16,981 nucleotides of DNA from Candidatus Thorarchaeota archaeon (GTDB lineage Archaea; Asgardarchaeota; Thorarchaeia; Thorarchaeales; Thorarchaeaceae): contig JAEORO010000234.1 in the NCBI GenBank assembly GCA_016840855.1, positions 1 to 16,981 on the forward strand, in the 5' to 3' direction. A program made the position numbers and the translations under genes. Shown piece after piece: positions 15,530-16,981 of this stretch. Below the pieces are notes generated by a model that was not told where the DNA came from, ran no database searches, and saw only the letters and a program-made list of their open reading frames with translations. How positions within the stretch are numbered: position 1 is the stretch's first letter; each line of letters starts with the position of its first letter.

Positions 15530-16789
15530 GTGCAGCAATTGGATTCCCATACCCTCATCTTCAGTGGCCACTCTTCGTCAAGATATAGCTTGGCTGCTCT
15601 TGTAGGTGCAATTGAAGCTGATTGTAGACTCTCTGAGCTTGCGGTGGAGGCACCTACCAAAATAAGCGCGAAAACAATACAGAAGAGTGTAGAAAAAGGC
15701 TGCACAATAATTGCTCATTCAGTAATAAGCACACAGACTAATCGGATTTATGGAGAGATTAGAGATGTCAGAGAGAGGTTTGGTGCCTCTGTCACAATTG
15801 TAGGTGGAGGTGCTCATGCTAGTGCTCGACCTTTGGAGCTTCTTGAGAATGGTTTCGATTATGTTGTTGTAGGAGAAGGTGAAAGATCATTCCCAAATCT
15901 GTTATGGTATCTCATGAATGATAAGGACCCTCTTGAAATCTCATCTGTGGTTGGAAAAATAACAGAAGATTGTCCAAAACCAAAGGACCTAGAACCAGTC
16001 GATCTTGATGCTCATCCCCCATTTGCTCTGGGAATGAATATTGTGGGACCTATTGAAGTCACACGTGGTTGTCCATATTCCTGCAAATTCTGCTGTACGC
16101 CATTTTTGACAGGTGGAAGGGTGCGAAACCGATCTATCGATAATGTTGTTCACTGGTTGACAAGAGCTGTTGAAAGTAGTGGATTTAATCGAACATGGTT
16201 TCTTTCACCAAACGCTCTTTCCTATGGTGGGCGAGGACGCAGTGTAGAAGCCAAAAAGATTGAAGATTTGTTGAGATCAGTGACAAAAATTGATGGCTTG
16301 GAAGAAGTTTTCTTTGGCTCATTTCCTTCGGAGGTAAGGCCAGAGTTTGTCACCAGGGATGTCCTTGAGATGATGCAAGGGTATGTGGCAAATAAGACCC
16401 TTCAAATTGGTCTTCAATCTAGTAGTGATCGAGTGTTGAAACTCGCAAATCGCCATCATACCGTCAAGGAGGGACTGGATGCAATTAACACTGCTCTGGA
16501 TAGTGGCTTCATACCGCATGTGGACATGATTTTTGGGCTACCGGGTGAAACAAAGAGAGAGCTGCAGGAGAGTATTGACCTCTGTTATTCTTTAGCTGAA
16601 ATGGGAGCAAAAACGCATGGACATGTTTTCATGCCACTTCCTGGAAGTGCATTTGAAAATGAAACTCCGGGAATACTTGACTCAGAGAGCAGAAAATTGC
16701 TTGGTGAGCTATCAAGAAAGAAGCTTCTGACAGGATCTTGGAGTGCACAGGAAGCCATGGCTGAAGATCTCTCAATGCGGAAATCATAA
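15530..16789 (+). CDS. B12-binding domain / radical SAM protein (TIGR04013, MJ_1487-like)
   Basis: N-terminal cobalamin-binding-like domain (GGGAHAS, FDYVVVGEGE), PIEVTRGCPYSCKFC (CxxxCxxC), SPNALSYG, GSFPSEVRPEFV and FMPLPGS. Confidence 0.92.
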   Translation: MQQLDSHTLIFSGHSSSRYSLAALVGAIEADCRLSELAVEAPTKISAKTIQKSVEKGCTIIAHSVISTQTNRIYGEIRDVRERFGASVTIVGGGAHASARPLELLENGFDYVVVGEGERSFPNLLWYLMNDKDPLEISSVVGKITEDCPKPKDLEPVDLDAHPPFALGMNIVGPIEVTRGCPYSCKFCCTPFLTGGRVRNRSIDNVVHWLTRAVESSGFNRTWFLSPNALSYGGRGRSVEAKKIEDLLRSVTKIDGLEEVFFGSFPSEVRPEFVTRDVLEMMQGYVANKTLQIGLQSSSDRVLKLANRHHTVKEGLDAINTALDSGFIPHVDMIFGLPGETKRELQESIDLCYSLAEMGAKTHGHVFMPLPGSAFENETPGILDSESRKLLGELSRKKLLTGSWSAQEAMAEDLSMRKS

Positions 16790-16860
16790 CCGAGAGAGAA
16801 CATGCCAAAGCCTGATAAGAAGTACAATAGACATGCCCATGACACAGTTTGAATTTCGAT

Positions 16861-16981
16861 ATGCCAATTGAATTGAGCAAGAAGCTCGAGAAACAAGGGT
16901 ATCACCTACTTGGTAAAAGGGGGGCTTACAAAGCGTGTCAGTGGCAAAAGAAATCAATGCTCCATGATACTTCATGCTACA
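16861..16981 (+). CDS. taw1: tRNA 4-demethylwyosine synthase Taw1/TYW1 (5' fragment; runs off the right edge)
   Basis: Not in the ORF track. MPIELSKKLEKQGYHLLGKRGAYKACQWQKKSMLHDTSCY matches the archaeal Taw1 N-terminus (L.KQ.Y..VG.HS.VK.C.W.KKSL....CYK). Alternative TTG start at 16849. Confidence 0.88.
   Translation, partial: MPIELSKKLEKQGYHLLGKRGAYKACQWQKKSMLHDTSCY

Noticed and set aside
16585-16975. Three minus-strand ORFs and a 16-codon plus-strand mini-ORF at 16802-16852
   Set aside because: The minus ORFs are shadows of the radical SAM and taw1 genes. The mini-ORF is too short to support.
1-16981. CRISPR arrays, tRNA/rRNA genes, transposases or integrases, and the remaining short nested ORFs
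   Set aside because: No regularly spaced repeats, cloverleafs or mobile-element motifs were seen by eye. The nested short ORFs lie within well-supported genes.

Overview
Gene-dense archaeal chromosomal window. The archaeal/eukaryotic-type ProRS, Nog1, proteasome beta subunit, Taw1, archaeal NMNAT and GGTGA/GGAGG ribosome-binding sites all point to an archaeon. An Asgard (Thorarchaeota-like) origin is my inference and was not tested. The left part (1-6.5 kb) is accessory-like: a partial PRC-barrel gene, a membrane-anchored M1 metallopeptidase, an MccF-like S66 peptidase, a GNAT, a cupin, a TIGR04076-type Cys protein and two unknown ORFs. The centre has an HhH-MutS ATPase (archaeal MutS5/MutS2-like, no Smr domain) whose stop overlaps the start of a Vps29-like metallophosphoesterase, followed by a D-2-hydroxyacid dehydrogenase. 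The right part is housekeeping: proS, nadM, rtcA, nog1, psmB, a B12-binding radical SAM gene and the 5' end of taw1. Two edge genes (PRC-barrel and taw1) are missing from the supplied ORF track. I saw no rRNA, tRNA, CRISPR array or mobile element. The most notable points are the MutS/Vps29-like pair, a proteasome beta subunit with Ala at the catalytic Thr1 position, a perfect 20-bp palindrome upstream of the PRC-barrel gene, a palindromic TATA shared by nog1 and psmB, and a possible uORF coupled to proS.
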